Below, piece by piece: positions 39,869 to 49,319 of a stretch of DNA of 64,000 nt (within the stretch, counting starts at the first letter, position 1; every line of letters begins with the position of its first letter). The position numbers and the translations under genes are program-made. The notes beneath the pieces are model-generated. The model was not told the origin of the DNA, searched no databases, and was given only the letters and a program-made list of their open reading frames with translations. The stretch spans positions 1 to 64,000 of IMG/VR virus record IMGVR_UViG_3300043410_001708. The stretch is one strand, 5' to 3'. This stretch comes from a virus.

Positions 39869-41194
39869 TTAAAATGTACCACCATCACGAACATTTTTTT
39901 CTTTAAAAGAAAATGGTTCATCATAATCATACTTAGGTTCCAATTTTTTAGCAGGTTCTTCTGCTGGTACATGATGTTCCTCATACATAAAAGAATTCTT
40001 ATCTGCAAGAGGAATATCAACAGTTACTCTTTCGTGTGTAATTGGTGGTATTGTTTCACCAGTTACATCATCAATCACAATCATATTATCTTTTTTAATC
40101 TCTACTGTATCCTGTTTTGATTCTGTAACAACGAGTATTGTTTCAGGTATTGGTTCAACAGGTGCAACCATTGGTTTCAAATTCTCAAAGTGCTTGAATG
40201 GTTTTTTTAAGTAAGCATAAGGATCAACATGATTATCAACTTTTTCATTTAATTCTTGAAGTGCTTTCACCATGTGAGCCATAACCAATTCACTATTAAC
40301 AGACACAGTTTCAGGTTCTTCTTCTATTACCGCTTCAGGTATCACAGATGCAATCTCTTGTGCTACAAAACCTTGTTTAGATTCTTCATCCAATTCTTTG
40401 GCAGTTTCTCTAGCACGTTTAAAGAATGTCTCAACATCATTGTAACCTTCTTTTTCTTTCATTGACATGTTGTATGCAATCAACAATAGAATTGCCAATG
40501 GATCAAACACAACAATAATCAATAGAATAACAAGTCTTACCGCTTTGTCGATAATATCACCAGAAGTCTCCGAACCGTATGCCAAGGCTGCAATGTATTT
40601 GATTGGACCGACATCCGCTTCAACTTTCTTAAGTTGTGTAGATAGAGGCGCACGTTCCTCGGAGTATTTGGCAATGGCGGCTTGCGACTGTTGAATTTCT
40701 TGTAGTATTCTAGTCCTATCTTTCTGTTGGGAACGCCGTATTGCTTGCGCTGTTGCGGCACCCTTTTCATCAGTTGAGCGACCCATAGTTTGGTCCACAA
40801 CCTCATCATACTGTTTAATTGCCTTACGGTTTGCTTCGACATTTTCTTTCTCCGTTTTAATCTTTTCATCCAGTAATGAAATTTTATCCACAAGTGGTGC
40901 ATTATCTGATGAATGTTCCAGATGGGCCTTTGATAAGAAACCAAAGATACCCATGGAAGTAATCAACATCAAAATCGTTACGGCAACTGACAAATATGAT
41001 TTGATTAATATTGGACATTTTTTCCAGTTCCTATACAACCAAGATACAGTTACAAGTTTCGATGCTTCAAGTATCGAACCCATAATGATAACTGGCCAAA
41101 AAGAACCTGGAAAGATTTGTGCTAAACCAATAACTGAGTAATAGGCAGCAACACCAGACAAACCTAATGCTGTCAGTAACGTTAAAAATATCAT
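39869..41194 (-). CDS. membrane coiled-coil protein
   Basis: YYSVIGL, ITSMGIFGFLSKAH, GPIKYIA, VFDPLA. Confidence 0.7.
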   Translation of the reverse strand: MIFLTLLTALGLSGVAAYYSVIGLAQIFPGSFWPVIIMGSILEASKLVTVSWLYRNWKKCPILIKSYLSVAVTILMLITSMGIFGFLSKAHLEHSSDNAPLVDKISLLDEKIKTEKENVEANRKAIKQYDEVVDQTMGRSTDEKGAATAQAIRRSQQKDRTRILQEIQQSQAAIAKYSEERAPLSTQLKKVEADVGPIKYIAALAYGSETSGDIIDKAVRLVILLIIVVFDPLAILLLIAYNMSMKEKEGYNDVETFFKRARETAKELDEESKQGFVAQEIASVIPEAVIEEEPETVSVNSELVMAHMVKALQELNEKVDNHVDPYAYLKKPFKHFENLKPMVAPVEPIPETILVVTESKQDTVEIKKDNMIVIDDVTGETIPPITHERVTVDIPLADKNSFMYEEHHVPAEEPAKKLEPKYDYDEPFSFKEKNVRDGGTF

Positions 41195-43746
41195 CCGAAA
41201 AAGTCCTCTAAAGAGTTGGTTTTTTCCGCAGACCAATTCATACAGTTTAAAATGACACTGATTGGTTCCAGAAATGCTTTATCGAATTGTACATCATAAT
41301 CAATATAATTGTCAAGCTCGAATTCTTTAGGTATTCTACCAGGGAAAGAAACCACATCATTCTTAAAATGATTTGGCATTTTCAGATAGGTAAATTTCAG
41401 TTTTTCACCCTCTTGTATGAGTGGGTATTTCTTTGTCAGGCCTAATTGTTTCAGATTGTGGTTGTAAACGATTGCACCACGAACATGAATTGGTGTGCCT
41501 TTTTTGAACAACATTACTGGATCGGAATAAGTATTTAGCCCATTTAGACCCCGTGGAAAAGATATTTCTTCCGCAGGTAATTTTCTAAATTCTTTTCTAA
41601 AGTTGGCAATAAAATCCTGTACTTGTTGTTCTGTACCAGTCATCATCAACTTAATGGCATCTTTCATCTTTTCACGTATAGCAGATGGTGTGGAAGATTT
41701 AATCATTTCCAAACCCATCACTTTCATATGTGGTTCGGCATACTGAACACCTTCGTTATTGTATACATTTAGAATATAACGTTTCTTGGCAGTCCAAACA
41801 CCTTTGTCAGAAAGACCTTCACGTTTCATTTGCATTTTTTGTGCATACGCATGAACATAATCAGCCAATTCTTGGTATGATTTGTCGATATGTGGTTGTA
41901 TCTTATCTTCACAAACACGATCCATAAATTCAATAATCTTTTGTGGAGGCAGTTTAACTACATCATCAACACCATATACTTTATTTACCAAATCACCGAG
42001 GCGTAGGTAAATTGAATCGGTATCAGAAGCAATGACATAATCATTATCTGTACCGAGAAGTTTGTTCATGTATTGGTTGATTTTGGCTTCGATCCATCTG
42101 ATGGAAAGCTGGCCTGCCGTAGTGACTCCCAAAGCCATGCGTAGGTCATAAAACCTAAAATACTGACTTCCCAAAGCACCGTAGGCAGAGTTAAGGGAAA
42201 CTTTTTTTGCGAGTTGTAGGTTGTTGTATCTGGCGACTCGTTTTTCAATGTCGTATTTTTTGGATTCGTCTTTCTCATTTTCATATTCCTGTTGTGCTTG
42301 CAACATCATCTTTTTGAATTTCTTGCGGTCATCATACATTTCAACCATCATCTTAGGTAAGAAACCTTGAATGTCTGTACGGAAGAATTGACCGTTGGGT
42401 GTAATTGTGGCACCTTCTAAACTTGAAATGTCAATTTGTCTTTTCAAGAGTTTATCAACAGTAACACCTTGTGAAAGAATGTCACGCATTTCTTGTGTAT
42501 AGTTTTCTGGTTCAATCAACGTTTCTGGTGAAATATTATATTGCATCATCAAGTGAGGATACAAACTGTTCAAGTCAAACGATGCAACCCAATGATGTAG
42601 GCCAACCTGTGGTTCTTTAACGTATGCACCTTCAAACGCAGCATCTTTGTCTTGCACTTCTTTTGGTGGAACAATAATGTCTTTACCGAGTAAATAGGAA
42701 TATGTCAGAGAATCCCACATACGTGTCTGTGCAAATACATCTTCATAGTTACACTTGGTGTCATATGCAAGAGTCAAAGCCAATTCAATCAACTTTAACT
42801 TATCTTCAAGTTTGATAATCAACGCAACGTCTTTAATGTTATATTCAATAAAGAGTTGGTAATTCAATTTGTAAAGTTGGTGTAAGTTTTCATATTCATC
42901 GTATGAAATCTTACCTTCACCGAGTTCTACTTGTGCAATATTATCCAAACGATAAGATTCTTGTGACTTGCCACCTGGCGCATACCATTTGTATAGTTCA
43001 ATATAATCAAGTGATTCGATACCAACGAAACTATATGCAATCAACAATCGACCATTGATATTGGTTTTACGTTCACTGATATAATTCCATGGAGATAACA
43101 TCTTGGCTTTATCTTCACCAAGAATCTTACGAAAACGATTGACAAGATATGGTATATCAAAGAACTTGGTATTCCAACCAGTGATAACATCTGGATACAT
43201 TCTTGACCATAATTCAATAAACTTACTGCAAAGACTGTATTCATCTTTACACTTAATATATGTTACTGTATTCGGATTGTCATTACGAAAATCACCACAA
43301 CCAAACACATAGGTGTGACCATTTAAAAATGTTAATGCGATAGCAGTGATTGGTTCATCGGCTTTGTAAGGATCAGGGAAACCATTTTCTGAACCAACCT
43401 CAATGTCAATAATTGCAATGCTGATTTTATCTTGTTCCCAATCAACCATTTCTGGATGTTGTTCAGCGATAAATGCATATTCGAATCTAGTGTTTCCATA
43501 GATTTTTGGTGCACCAGGAAGACCATCATATTGTTTTACGAATTCTCTGGCTTCACGGATACCATCAAATCGTTTTGGAATAAGGTCTAAACCATCAAGT
43601 GATTTATGTGTACCTTTCCCGTTACGGGCTGGCAGATATAGTTGTGGTTCATAATCAATCTTTAGTTTGATTCGTTTACCGTCTTTGACACCACGGTAAA
43701 GAATTCTGCCACCTAGAGATTGTACATTTGTGTAAAAAGTTGACAT
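41191..43746 (-). CDS. 43: family B DNA polymerase (T4 gp43)
   Basis: DIEV, SFDLNSLYP, KVSLNSAYG, DTDS. Confidence 0.97.
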   Translation of the reverse strand: MSTFYTNVQSLGGRILYRGVKDGKRIKLKIDYEPQLYLPARNGKGTHKSLDGLDLIPKRFDGIREAREFVKQYDGLPGAPKIYGNTRFEYAFIAEQHPEMVDWEQDKISIAIIDIEVGSENGFPDPYKADEPITAIALTFLNGHTYVFGCGDFRNDNPNTVTYIKCKDEYSLCSKFIELWSRMYPDVITGWNTKFFDIPYLVNRFRKILGEDKAKMLSPWNYISERKTNINGRLLIAYSFVGIESLDYIELYKWYAPGGKSQESYRLDNIAQVELGEGKISYDEYENLHQLYKLNYQLFIEYNIKDVALIIKLEDKLKLIELALTLAYDTKCNYEDVFAQTRMWDSLTYSYLLGKDIIVPPKEVQDKDAAFEGAYVKEPQVGLHHWVASFDLNSLYPHLMMQYNISPETLIEPENYTQEMRDILSQGVTVDKLLKRQIDISSLEGATITPNGQFFRTDIQGFLPKMMVEMYDDRKKFKKMMLQAQQEYENEKDESKKYDIEKRVARYNNLQLAKKVSLNSAYGALGSQYFRFYDLRMALGVTTAGQLSIRWIEAKINQYMNKLLGTDNDYVIASDTDSIYLRLGDLVNKVYGVDDVVKLPPQKIIEFMDRVCEDKIQPHIDKSYQELADYVHAYAQKMQMKREGLSDKGVWTAKKRYILNVYNNEGVQYAEPHMKVMGLEMIKSSTPSAIREKMKDAIKLMMTGTEQQVQDFIANFRKEFRKLPAEEISFPRGLNGLNTYSDPVMLFKKGTPIHVRGAIVYNHNLKQLGLTKKYPLIQEGEKLKFTYLKMPNHFKNDVVSFPGRIPKEFELDNYIDYDVQFDKAFLEPISVILNCMNWSAEKTNSLEDFFG

Positions 43747-44057
43747 TAACCTGTAATAATTTGTTGTTGACCTGGAAGAATAATACCTACACCAAAAATT
43801 TGATTATAGTTATTGACAAAATCTTCTGCTGGAACATAGTAGTATACAATATGTTCAAGTTTCAAGGCAATAGTAGAATCCTTTTTTTGTTCTGCATGAA
43901 TTGGAAAAGGTGCAAAACCTACGTTTGGTTGGCCATCTTTACCACGAACAATTGCAATACCCAATGGGTTTTTAATTACCATTTCGTTGAAGTTTTCCGT
44001 TTCAATTTCACCAATGAGTTCTTCACCGGTTATCAATTTCATTGCATAAATTTTCAT
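43746..44057 (-). CDS. Sm-like small protein
   Basis: KLITGEELIG...NP pattern. Confidence 0.6.
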   Translation of the reverse strand: MKIYAMKLITGEELIGEIETENFNEMVIKNPLGIAIVRGKDGQPNVGFAPFPIHAEQKKDSTIALKLEHIVYYYVPAEDFVNNYNQIFGVGIILPGQQQIITG

Positions 44058-44070
44058 AATAGTCGCATCC

Positions 44071-44128
44071 TAAATAAATATAGTTGATTTGGATCAAACA
44101 TTATATCATTTTTTTAATATGTTGTCAA
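44071..44128. promoter_or_regulatory. face-to-face promoters: minus-strand sigma70 and plus-strand late-like
   Basis: TTGACA-17-TATAAT (minus, 44100-44128); AATAAATA (plus, 44073-44080). Confidence 0.65.
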
Positions 44129-44147
44129 TAGATAAAAATGGTACAAA

Positions 44148-44978
44148 ATGGATCCGTTCACACTTTTTGCCTTGGCCAACGGTGCAGTTGCCGCTGTGAA
44201 AAAAGGTTGTCAGTTATACAAAGATATTAAAGGTGCCGCTGGGGATGTTAAAGCAGTCCTCAAGGATTTGGACGACCAGTTCCACAAAAAGTATGAAGGT
44301 AAACCTGTGCCGCCTGCTGCTGCAAAGCAGTTACAGGAAGAAAAGGCTCGCATTAAAGAATTAAACAAGCGTAGTGAAGAAAGCACTAATATTTATACAG
44401 AGATAGGTGATTATCTTGGTCAATACTATGACAATTATTATAAGTGTTTAGCGGTACTTGAACAAGAAGAAAAACGTAGTGCAACAGAAGTATATACCGG
44501 CGGTGATAGTTTAGCCAAGCGTGCATTACAACGTGTTCTTATGCGTAAACAACTAGAAGCCATGGGCAAAGAATTACGTGAATTGATGATATATCAATCA
44601 CCACCCGAACTTGGTGCATTATATACTGATGTTGAACTTATGACCAAAGAGTTGGGTGCTCAACAAAAGATTCTTATTGCTAAACAGATGGAAGAACAAG
44701 CCAAAAAAGCAAAACTAAGAGCACAAAAAATTGAACATTATAAGATGGAGTTTGGTATGATTGTTGCGTTTCTTATTTTGTTTATTTTCATGGGTTTATT
44801 TTGGACTTGGTTGTATTATGATTCGAAGGAAAGACATCCACAAATATGGAATGGAACTTATCAAGCTGAATTGGAAAAACAAAAAAGATATCAGGCTCAA
44901 AAAATTATGGATGCAATCAAATACCTGGACGAACAAAATTACGAAAATAATAAGAGGTTAATAACAAATCAAGAATGA
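44148..44978 (+). CDS. helical protein with C-terminal TM
   Basis: ORF track; first gene of plus-strand operon. Confidence 0.7.
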   Translation: MDPFTLFALANGAVAAVKKGCQLYKDIKGAAGDVKAVLKDLDDQFHKKYEGKPVPPAAAKQLQEEKARIKELNKRSEESTNIYTEIGDYLGQYYDNYYKCLAVLEQEEKRSATEVYTGGDSLAKRALQRVLMRKQLEAMGKELRELMIYQSPPELGALYTDVELMTKELGAQQKILIAKQMEEQAKKAKLRAQKIEHYKMEFGMIVAFLILFIFMGLFWTWLYYDSKERHPQIWNGTYQAELEKQKRYQAQKIMDAIKYLDEQNYENNKRLITNQE

Positions 44979-45115
44979 AAAGAAATAGATACACATTTTT
45001 AGAATGGGTATTTGATGATTTAGGCCTTGCTAAATTTTTATTATTTTTTTATCTTTTTTTATTGTTATTGGCAACTGGTATATTGTCACTGGTTTGGTGG
45101 TACACTAAAAGATGA
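44975..45115 (+). CDS. small membrane protein (46 aa, not in ORF track)
   Basis: MKRNRYTFLEWVFDDLGLAKFLLFFY...; ATGA overlaps at both ends. Confidence 0.6.
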   Translation: MKRNRYTFLEWVFDDLGLAKFLLFFYLFLLLLATGILSLVWWYTKR

Positions 45116-45393
45116 AAACCAGTTATCAAGCAGCACTCATAGTTGCTGGACTTATTCTTATGCCGGTGCTTATAGTCTTACTGGCAAATTATATAAACAT
45201 AATTGTTATAATTATTACCTTTTCTTTAAGTTTTAGTTTGGTTGCATATTATTTGTATGTTGACATTAAAGAAGAATTGGATTGGACTCGTAGTGAAGAT
45301 GAACGATTAACTTATGGATTTAAAGATAATCCTTACAAAATGAGGATGTATAAATTCTATAAAAATTACTTCAACACACGCCATGAAAAATAA
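45112..45393 (+). CDS. 2-TM membrane protein
   Basis: Coupled ORF. Confidence 0.6.
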   Translation: MKTSYQAALIVAGLILMPVLIVLLANYINIIVIIITFSLSFSLVAYYLYVDIKEELDWTRSEDERLTYGFKDNPYKMRMYKFYKNYFNTRHEK

Positions 45394-45661
45394 ACTATTG
45401 TTTACAGTTGTTACAACTGCGGCAACACTCGTTGTTACACATCCAACTATCAATATAAATTTGATGCCGGATGCTGTCATATATACAAAAAGCACTTTTG
45501 AAAGTTCTGATTATTGTAAATTGGAAAAAACTTTTACTGATCCAAGAGGATTACAAGTGTGTGAATATAAATGTCCATCAACAAGAGGTGGAAACAAAGT
45601 TATACATACGACTTCCATAAACAATGCTAGAGCATGTAAATCTAAGGTGGAGGCACCGTAA
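45383..45661 (+). CDS. exported Cys-containing protein
   Basis: Signal-like N-terminus, 4 Cys. Confidence 0.6.
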   Translation: MKNKLLFTVVTTAATLVVTHPTININLMPDAVIYTKSTFESSDYCKLEKTFTDPRGLQVCEYKCPSTRGGNKVIHTTSINNARACKSKVEAP

Positions 45662-45686
45662 TGTTTAATCCCTACGGAGTATTCGA

Positions 45687-46460
45687 TTGTTACATAGAAT
45701 TTTTATTATACTGTTATTTTTTACCCTACTTCTTGGCCAACAAACAGTCAAAGCAGAATTCTTTACCGCCAAATCCTGGCTTGTGTCGGATTTAAATGGC
45801 ACTATAATAGATGGTGAAGATTATGATAAGGTTAGACCAATTGCTAGCATAACAAAATTGTTAACAGTTATGGTTGTGATGGACACAAAACCTGACATGA
45901 ATCAAATGTTGATGTTGACCACAAAAATACAAGATAAATTGCCAGCAAAAAATCAAAGTGTCAGTAGAGGAAATTTAGTACTGATGGCTATAGTACACAG
46001 TAGTAACAGAGCCGCATATACTCTGTGTGAGAATTATCCTGGTGGTATGCCCGCTTGTATTAAAGCAATGAATGACAAGTTGAAAAAATTAAAAATGGAA
46101 AATTCCATTGTTTATGAACCAACAGGTTTAGATAAAAGAAACGTTAGCACTGCAAGAGAACTCATAACATTAACAAAGGCAGCGGCTGAATATGAATCCA
46201 TAGTTTATGCTAGCCGTAAGTCTGAAATAAAAATACAAGTAAAAAAGAAATGGTTTGTTTTTCGTAATACAAACCCTATGATTGGTCATTACCAAAATAT
46301 CGTAGTAAGTAAAACTGGATTTATAAATGAATCGGGTGGATGTATCACGTTGTTACTTGATACAAGTGTTGGTGATAGAATAGTTGTGGTTCTTGGCAGT
46401 AAGAACACTAAGACTAGAATTCCTGAAGCGGAATTTATATATGAGGTGTATAAAGATTAG
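45687..46460 (+). CDS. D-Ala-D-Ala peptidase, peptidase S11 (PBP7/PbpG-like)
   Basis: SITK, SSN, KTG motifs; signal peptide; TTG start after GGAG. Confidence 0.9.
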   Translation: MLHRIFIILLFFTLLLGQQTVKAEFFTAKSWLVSDLNGTIIDGEDYDKVRPIASITKLLTVMVVMDTKPDMNQMLMLTTKIQDKLPAKNQSVSRGNLVLMAIVHSSNRAAYTLCENYPGGMPACIKAMNDKLKKLKMENSIVYEPTGLDKRNVSTARELITLTKAAAEYESIVYASRKSEIKIQVKKKWFVFRNTNPMIGHYQNIVVSKTGFINESGGCITLLLDTSVGDRIVVVLGSKNTKTRIPEAEFIYEVYKD

Positions 46461-46533
46461 TGGTTGCGGGTCACGGAGTTGCACCGGAACTGAGGATTAT
46501 GAGCCCACTGTGATACTATTTCACCAACCCGCT
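46461..46533 (-). tRNA. tRNA-Met(CAT), initiator-like
   Basis: Cloverleaf, CT-CAT-AA, GGG anticodon stem, 1:72 mismatch, CCA. Confidence 0.75.
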
Positions 46534-46720
46534 ATATTTCTTGTTTTTTCTGACGTTGAAGATTTTGTTCTAAAATTCTGTCAAATTCTTCTTGTTCAGC
46601 TTTAGCATCTTCTATTTCTTTTGGTGATGGTTTTCTAAAAATCTTGTCGTAGTTATTAGCAAATGTTTCCTGTGAAACACTAAATGGTCTTGGACTAGAA
46701 CCTTTACCACCATCAGACAT
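46532..46720 (-). CDS. hypothetical protein
   Basis: GGKGS.PRP motif. Confidence 0.65.
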   Translation of the reverse strand: MSDGGKGSSPRPFSVSQETFANNYDKIFRKPSPKEIEDAKAEQEEFDRILEQNLQRQKKQEI

Positions 46721-46722
46721 AT

Positions 46723-46968
46723 TTATTCTCCGTAGATATAAGCAATATCTTCAATCTTCACTACAAAATAATCTTGCACTGTTACAGCTTTACCCCAATC
46801 TGGTTGCACCACATCACCAATCTGTAACTCAGTAACATCTGGTCCAACTGCAAGTACTTTTGCTCTATCAGGTTCTTCGGAGTGTCTTAGGATGATTCCT
46901 GAAGCGGTCTGTTTAACATTCTCAAGCCGTTCAATCAATACTTTATCGTGCAAGGGTTTAATATTCAT
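46723..46968 (-). CDS. groES: GroES-like co-chaperonin
   Basis: KPLHDKVLI, TASGIIL, VLAVGP; GAGGA SD. Confidence 0.85.
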   Translation of the reverse strand: MNIKPLHDKVLIERLENVKQTASGIILRHSEEPDRAKVLAVGPDVTELQIGDVVQPDWGKAVTVQDYFVVKIEDIAYIYGE

Positions 46969-46981
46969 AATGTCCTCAAAA

Positions 46982-47048
46982 TGGAGCGGTCTTCTGCTTT
47001 GCTCAGATAACACAAGGGGGTGCCTTGTATCGTACTATTACAAACCGC
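46982..47048 (-). ncRNA. atypical tRNA-Gly-like RNA
   Basis: GCGGTTT/AGACCGC acceptor + TCCA; aberrant D, anticodon and T arms. Confidence 0.6.
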
Positions 47049-47054
47049 ATTAAA

Positions 47055-47128
47055 TGGAGCGGGATATCAGAATCGAACTGATGACGAAAGATTGGAAATC
47101 TCTAGTTTTGCCATTAAACTAATCCCGC
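47055..47128 (-). tRNA. tRNA-Gly(TCC)
   Basis: Cloverleaf, TT-TCC-AA, CCA. Confidence 0.92.
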
Positions 47129-47175
47129 ATATAACTATATATGCATCATTTTAAAACACACATAATGCATTTTAA

Positions 47176-47198
47176 AATGAGGACTCTTGCGAGTCCCC
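47176..47198 (-). terminator. terminator-like hairpin
   Basis: GGGGACTC-GCAA-GAGTCCTC-ATTTT. Confidence 0.5.
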
Positions 47199-47204
47199 AT
47201 ACCA

Positions 47205-48632
47205 TCACAATACTTTGTAACGGTCATCCATGATGGTTTTAAGCATCACAGATTCTGGTGTAAAGGTTTCTAAGTCACCCGCCAACAGTGGTTTTACGAC
47301 TGCTGGTGAGAAACCAGATACCAATGCAGTACCAGAAGTGTCGAACTTTACTGGAGCGTTGCCGTATGCGGCATTCAAGTTCCAGAATACAACCTTTGGC
47401 AAAGTGTATCCTGCTTCTTTGTACTTACGTGCAATCATCTGCATAGCAGAGTCATCATGTCTAACGCAAGCGTTAAATTGCATGTCTGACAGAATCAATA
47501 CCATCGCTGGCATTTCTTCTTGTGGCACGCCACCTTTTACTGCTACATCAAGGATTTTTGCAAATGCCTTGTGTAGGTCGGTAGACATACCCCAATCAGA
47601 TTTAACCATTTGGTCAATCTTTTGATTGATGTTACCTTTCAAGTGCAACAATTCTGGATTGGTAGAGAAAGTTAGGAAGGTGTCCTTGAACTTGCCTTCA
47701 TTCTTATCTGCCAAGTATAGTCCCAAAGAGACTGCTACTTCCAAACAGGTTAGACCTGATTTGGAACCATAACCACCTGCAGCGCAGGTCATTGAACCAG
47801 AAACATCCACCAAAGGTAGAATGTTTGCATCGCCAACAAAGTTAGGCAAAGCCTCCCATTGTTTTTGCACCAAGTCCAATTCGGTCTTGTCGAATTTCAT
47901 GTAACCACCGATACGGCCTTTCAGCACATCGTATGGGAACACAGCACCTGCATTAACCTTAACTTCTGGATTATCACCCTTAACCAACGAAGCAACATAT
48001 GCTGCATAAGTTGGAGTGTTACGGTTAAAAGCCTTCTTGTAACGGGATGCCGCTACGGAAGGTACGTGTGAGAAATTGATGGAATCCCAGTCTTTCGCAC
48101 ACATTTGAGTTTCAACCACTTTGGTCATTTCAACCAAAGACTTACGGTAAAACTTTGGGGACATACCAAAGAACTGACGGATTTCAGCCGCTAGTTTACC
48201 TTGGCGAGGAGTCCACTTTGCAGCCAATCCATTCTTCGCACGAAGCGCATCACCCAACATAGTGAATGCTGCTGACTTCATAACATCAGAATCGAATACA
48301 AAAATGTCGTCCCAACGGCCCAATTCAGGAACCTTTGTCAACAATGCTTTTGCGGCTTCTACGTCATTCTTTTCCAAATAACGCAAGATAGTACGGAACG
48401 ATTCACGTTCACCGGCACCACCACGAGCATCACGTAACCAAGCAGCAACACGCAAAGCGAGTTCACGGTTTTCTGCCATTGCAGCTGCGAAAGCAGGCAC
48501 AATGTTTTTGCCACGGGAAGCACCTGCATTGTAGAACAAATCTACAACTGCATTAGCAGTGGACTTACGAGCCTTCATACCGTTTGCGGTACGGGCATCT
48601 TGATTAACAACGGCATCTACAAAAGTTGACAT
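47205..48632 (-). CDS. DUF2828-family vWA protein (TROVE/Ro60-like)
   Basis: RDARGGAGER, GRWDD, AAKW.PR, DVSGSM, SDMQF, FWNL, SGFSP. Confidence 0.8.
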   Translation of the reverse strand: MSTFVDAVVNQDARTANGMKARKSTANAVVDLFYNAGASRGKNIVPAFAAAMAENRELALRVAAWLRDARGGAGERESFRTILRYLEKNDVEAAKALLTKVPELGRWDDIFVFDSDVMKSAAFTMLGDALRAKNGLAAKWTPRQGKLAAEIRQFFGMSPKFYRKSLVEMTKVVETQMCAKDWDSINFSHVPSVAASRYKKAFNRNTPTYAAYVASLVKGDNPEVKVNAGAVFPYDVLKGRIGGYMKFDKTELDLVQKQWEALPNFVGDANILPLVDVSGSMTCAAGGYGSKSGLTCLEVAVSLGLYLADKNEGKFKDTFLTFSTNPELLHLKGNINQKIDQMVKSDWGMSTDLHKAFAKILDVAVKGGVPQEEMPAMVLILSDMQFNACVRHDDSAMQMIARKYKEAGYTLPKVVFWNLNAAYGNAPVKFDTSGTALVSGFSPAVVKPLLAGDLETFTPESVMLKTIMDDRYKVL

Positions 48633-48653
48633 AACTTACTCCTCATAAAAAAA

Positions 48654-48773
48654 CAACAGAATACATTTTTTAGCGCACTACCAATTGTGCTATTCACGCC
48701 GAAGCGTAAAACAGGATTCGAACCTGTAACCTCTCCGTTATAAGCGGAAAAATTGTTTGCTGTGAGTATTCTA
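48654..48773 (-). ncRNA. Y-RNA-like element 1 (permuted tRNA module)
   Basis: AGAATAC-tca-CAGCA...GTATTCT-GTTG enclosing anticodon, T, closed acceptor and D arms. Confidence 0.75.
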
Positions 48774-48777
48774 AAAA

Positions 48778-48933
48778 CAACAGGTTAGCTTTCTACTTTT
48801 TGTTTACAGTGAGAAATCGAAACTCACCTTCGTTAGGACCATTTCAATAAACACCTTCAAAGGTCGAAACCTCCAGTGTTTACCATAGTTACCTAACAGT
48901 TCAGTATTATTGAATAATGCTGTAACTAACCTA
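48778..48933 (-). ncRNA. Y-RNA-like element 2
   Basis: AGGTTAG-tta-CAGCA...CTAACCT-GTTG; two TTCGA T-loop-like hairpins. Confidence 0.7.
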
Positions 48934-48961
48934 AAACCTTTTCAATCTTTCAATACTGTGT

Positions 48962-49014
48962 ATTGTAACACAAAAATTTGTTGTAGTCAAGCAGTATGTT
49001 GTAAACATACCACA
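48962..49014 (-). promoter_or_regulatory. sigma70 promoter with upstream palindrome
   Basis: TTGACT-17-TACAAT; TGTTGT-N6-ACCACA 6 bp upstream. Confidence 0.75.
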
Positions 49015-49019
49015 ATATT

Positions 49020-49093
49020 TGGTGCCCCATGACAGAATCGAACTGCCGTACCCGGATTACAAAACCGGTGTAATACCATTATACTAATAGGGC
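49020..49093 (-). tRNA. tRNA-Thr(TGT)
   Basis: Cloverleaf, CCA. Confidence 0.92.
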
Positions 49094-49101
49094 AAAAAAC
49101 T

Positions 49102-49176
49102 TGGAGCGGGTAGTGGGAATCGAACCCACAACTAAACCTTGGCAAGGTCTTGTGTTACCACTAGCACCATACCCGC
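49102..49176 (-). tRNA. tRNA-Gly(GCC)
   Basis: Cloverleaf, CCA. Confidence 0.92.
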
Positions 49177-49185
49177 ATCATGTGT

Positions 49186-49214
49186 ATTATATATGCTTTA
49201 CAAACAATTGTCAA
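49186..49214 (-). promoter_or_regulatory. sigma70 promoter
   Basis: TTGACA-17-TATAAT. Confidence 0.8.
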
Positions 49215-49234
49215 GCACATTTTTAAAAAATATT

Positions 49235-49318
49235 TGGTACGAGTAACCGGAGTCGAACCGGTACGCACAAGGCGGCAGATTTTAAGTCTGCTGGGTCTAC
49301 CAATTCCCCCATACTCGC
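49235..49318 (-). tRNA. tRNA-Leu(TAA)
   Basis: Type II cloverleaf. Confidence 0.92.
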
Positions 49319-49319
49319 A

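Noticed and set aside
12314-43746. Introns/inteins in nrdA, thyX, 41, uvsX, 43
   Set aside because: Lengths and motifs are contiguous with no insertions.
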